The notes under the pieces are model-generated. The model saw only the letters and a program-made list of their open reading frames with translations, was not told where the DNA came from and searched no databases. Below are positions 24,360-25,139 of a DNA stretch of 25,139 nt, piece by piece (within the stretch, counting starts at the first letter, position 1; the number at the start of each line of letters is the position of its first letter). The stretch lies in IMG/VR virus record IMGVR_UViG_3300016474_000309, positions 1-25,139 of that record; one strand, written 5' to 3'. Origin of the DNA: a virus. Lineage: Duplodnaviria > Caudoviricetes. The position numbers and the translations under genes were made by a program.

Positions 24360-24420
24360 CCCATGAACTCCTAAGTAATAACCGTAACCACTGTAACGCG
24401 CAAAACACGCCTATGCCACC

Positions 24421-24627
24421 TCACTCGGCATCGCTCAATTCCTCCACTGGCCTCTTGATGTAAACAGGCTTCCCGTAAATGGTTGATTTTGTGTCCACGT
24501 ACTCAAAATAAGCGTTGAAGGTGTACTCCCGCCAAACGACATTGCCATCAGATTTTGGCTTGAAGTCGCATGGGACAAGGATCGGCCTTGTTGGCAAATA
24601 CAGAACAGGCTTGACCTCACTCGGCAT
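24421..24627 (-). CDS. Hypothetical protein (MPSEVK..., 68 aa)
   Basis: ATG at 24627 lies inside the junction repeat with a GGAAGG RBS. Confidence 0.7.
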   Translation of the reverse strand: MPSEVKPVLYLPTRPILVPCDFKPKSDGNVVWREYTFNAYFEYVDTKSTIYGKPVYIKRPVEELSDAE

Positions 24628-24865
24628 CGTCCGGCCCTTCCTGCGGAAGTGGATCAATCGAGATCATGTTGACAGGCTTGCAAGCAGGCAAGGCGGGATA
24701 CTCCGGAATGCACTTACACTCCACGGTAAGAAGTGAATTGATGTTCCATTCGACCTTTAGCGATTGCAGAATTCTTGGCAGGCCAAAAATCTCGATCAAA
24801 TGGCTGATGACTTCACGTTGTTCTTTTAGGCTTGTAACCATCGACCTTTTCACTTCAATCGGCAT
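24617..24865 (-). CDS. Hypothetical protein (82 aa)
   Basis: Starts and ends inside junction repeats. Confidence 0.7.
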   Translation of the reverse strand: MPIEVKRSMVTSLKEQREVISHLIEIFGLPRILQSLKVEWNINSLLTVECKCIPEYPALPACKPVNMISIDPLPQEGPDDAE

Positions 24866-25133
24866 CGTCCGGCCCTTCCTCGATTGTCGTTGTTTCTTCC
24901 AGCAGATCCCCGATCTTGCCTTCGTAATCGTTGTAGTACCAATCCTGATGCGTCATGCCCGGCTCAATCTTTACTTCCTCATGATGGATGTCTTCCACCC
25001 CAAGCGGATGGTCGTTGATCTCTTGTTGGGCGTAGTGCTCCACCATTTCATCAACGGTTTCGCCCTTTGCTTCGTCCACCAGGACAAAGAAGTCGATGTC
25101 AATCGAGACGTTGCACTTGTAGAGCTTTTTCAT
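24855..25133 (-). CDS. Hypothetical acidic protein (92 aa)
   Basis: Open frame ending EEGPDDAD* in the junction repeat. Confidence 0.7.
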   Translation of the reverse strand: MKKLYKCNVSIDIDFFVLVDEAKGETVDEMVEHYAQQEINDHPLGVEDIHHEEVKIEPGMTHQDWYYNDYEGKIGDLLEETTTIEEGPDDAD

Positions 25134-25139
25134 TCGGCC

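Larger units (their letters stand above)
24418..24880. repeat. Gene-junction direct repeats (three copies)
   Basis: TCGGCATCGTCCGGCCCTTCCT is identical at 24621-24642 and 24859-24880. ACCTCACTCGGCATCG is identical at 24418-24433 and 24614-24629. Confidence 0.9.
1..25139. mobile_element. Temperate siphovirus prophage (left arm: att, integrase, complete morphogenesis module); continues past the right edge
   Basis: tRNA-adjacent tyrosine integrase plus terminase, portal, protease, HK97 capsid, head-tail joining, tube, chaperone and tape measure genes. No sheath gene is seen. Confidence 0.95.

Noticed and set aside
24418-24880. Possible CRISPR array from the junction repeats
   Set aside because: Intervals are about 200-240 bp and protein-coding, and there are no cas genes in the window.

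Overview
This window is the left arm of an integrated temperate siphovirus. It begins in the 3' half of a tRNA (probably Arg-TCT, the att site), followed by a tyrosine integrase on the + strand and a small AT-rich accessory/regulatory region (1.2-2.7 kb). A complete minus-strand morphogenesis operon follows: ParB-MTase, TerS, TerL, HK97-type portal, Mu gpF-like protein, prohead protease, an interposed block of fibre/appendage genes plus a membrane-protein/thioredoxin-like/papain-like peptidase cassette, major capsid protein, head-tail joining genes, tail tube, frameshifted tail chaperone, tape measure, tail tip genes and a low-GC PKD-domain receptor-binding protein. Three small repeat-linked genes close the window. 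The integrase N-terminus and the accessory protein types suggest a Planctomycetota host (inference from recalled family features; no search was run). The most unusual signals are: (1) strong enrichment of N-X-S/T sequons in exposed virion proteins, suggesting an N-glycosylated virion; (2) strand-specific UUA/UUAUUAC clusters at the translation starts of late genes; (3) a multi-hairpin element after the capsid gene with two perfectly complementary loops; (4) a T9 slippage site that fuses the adaptor gene to the receptor-binding gene; (5) fibre and putative lysis genes inserted between protease and capsid, with no canonical endolysin. All counts are manual.
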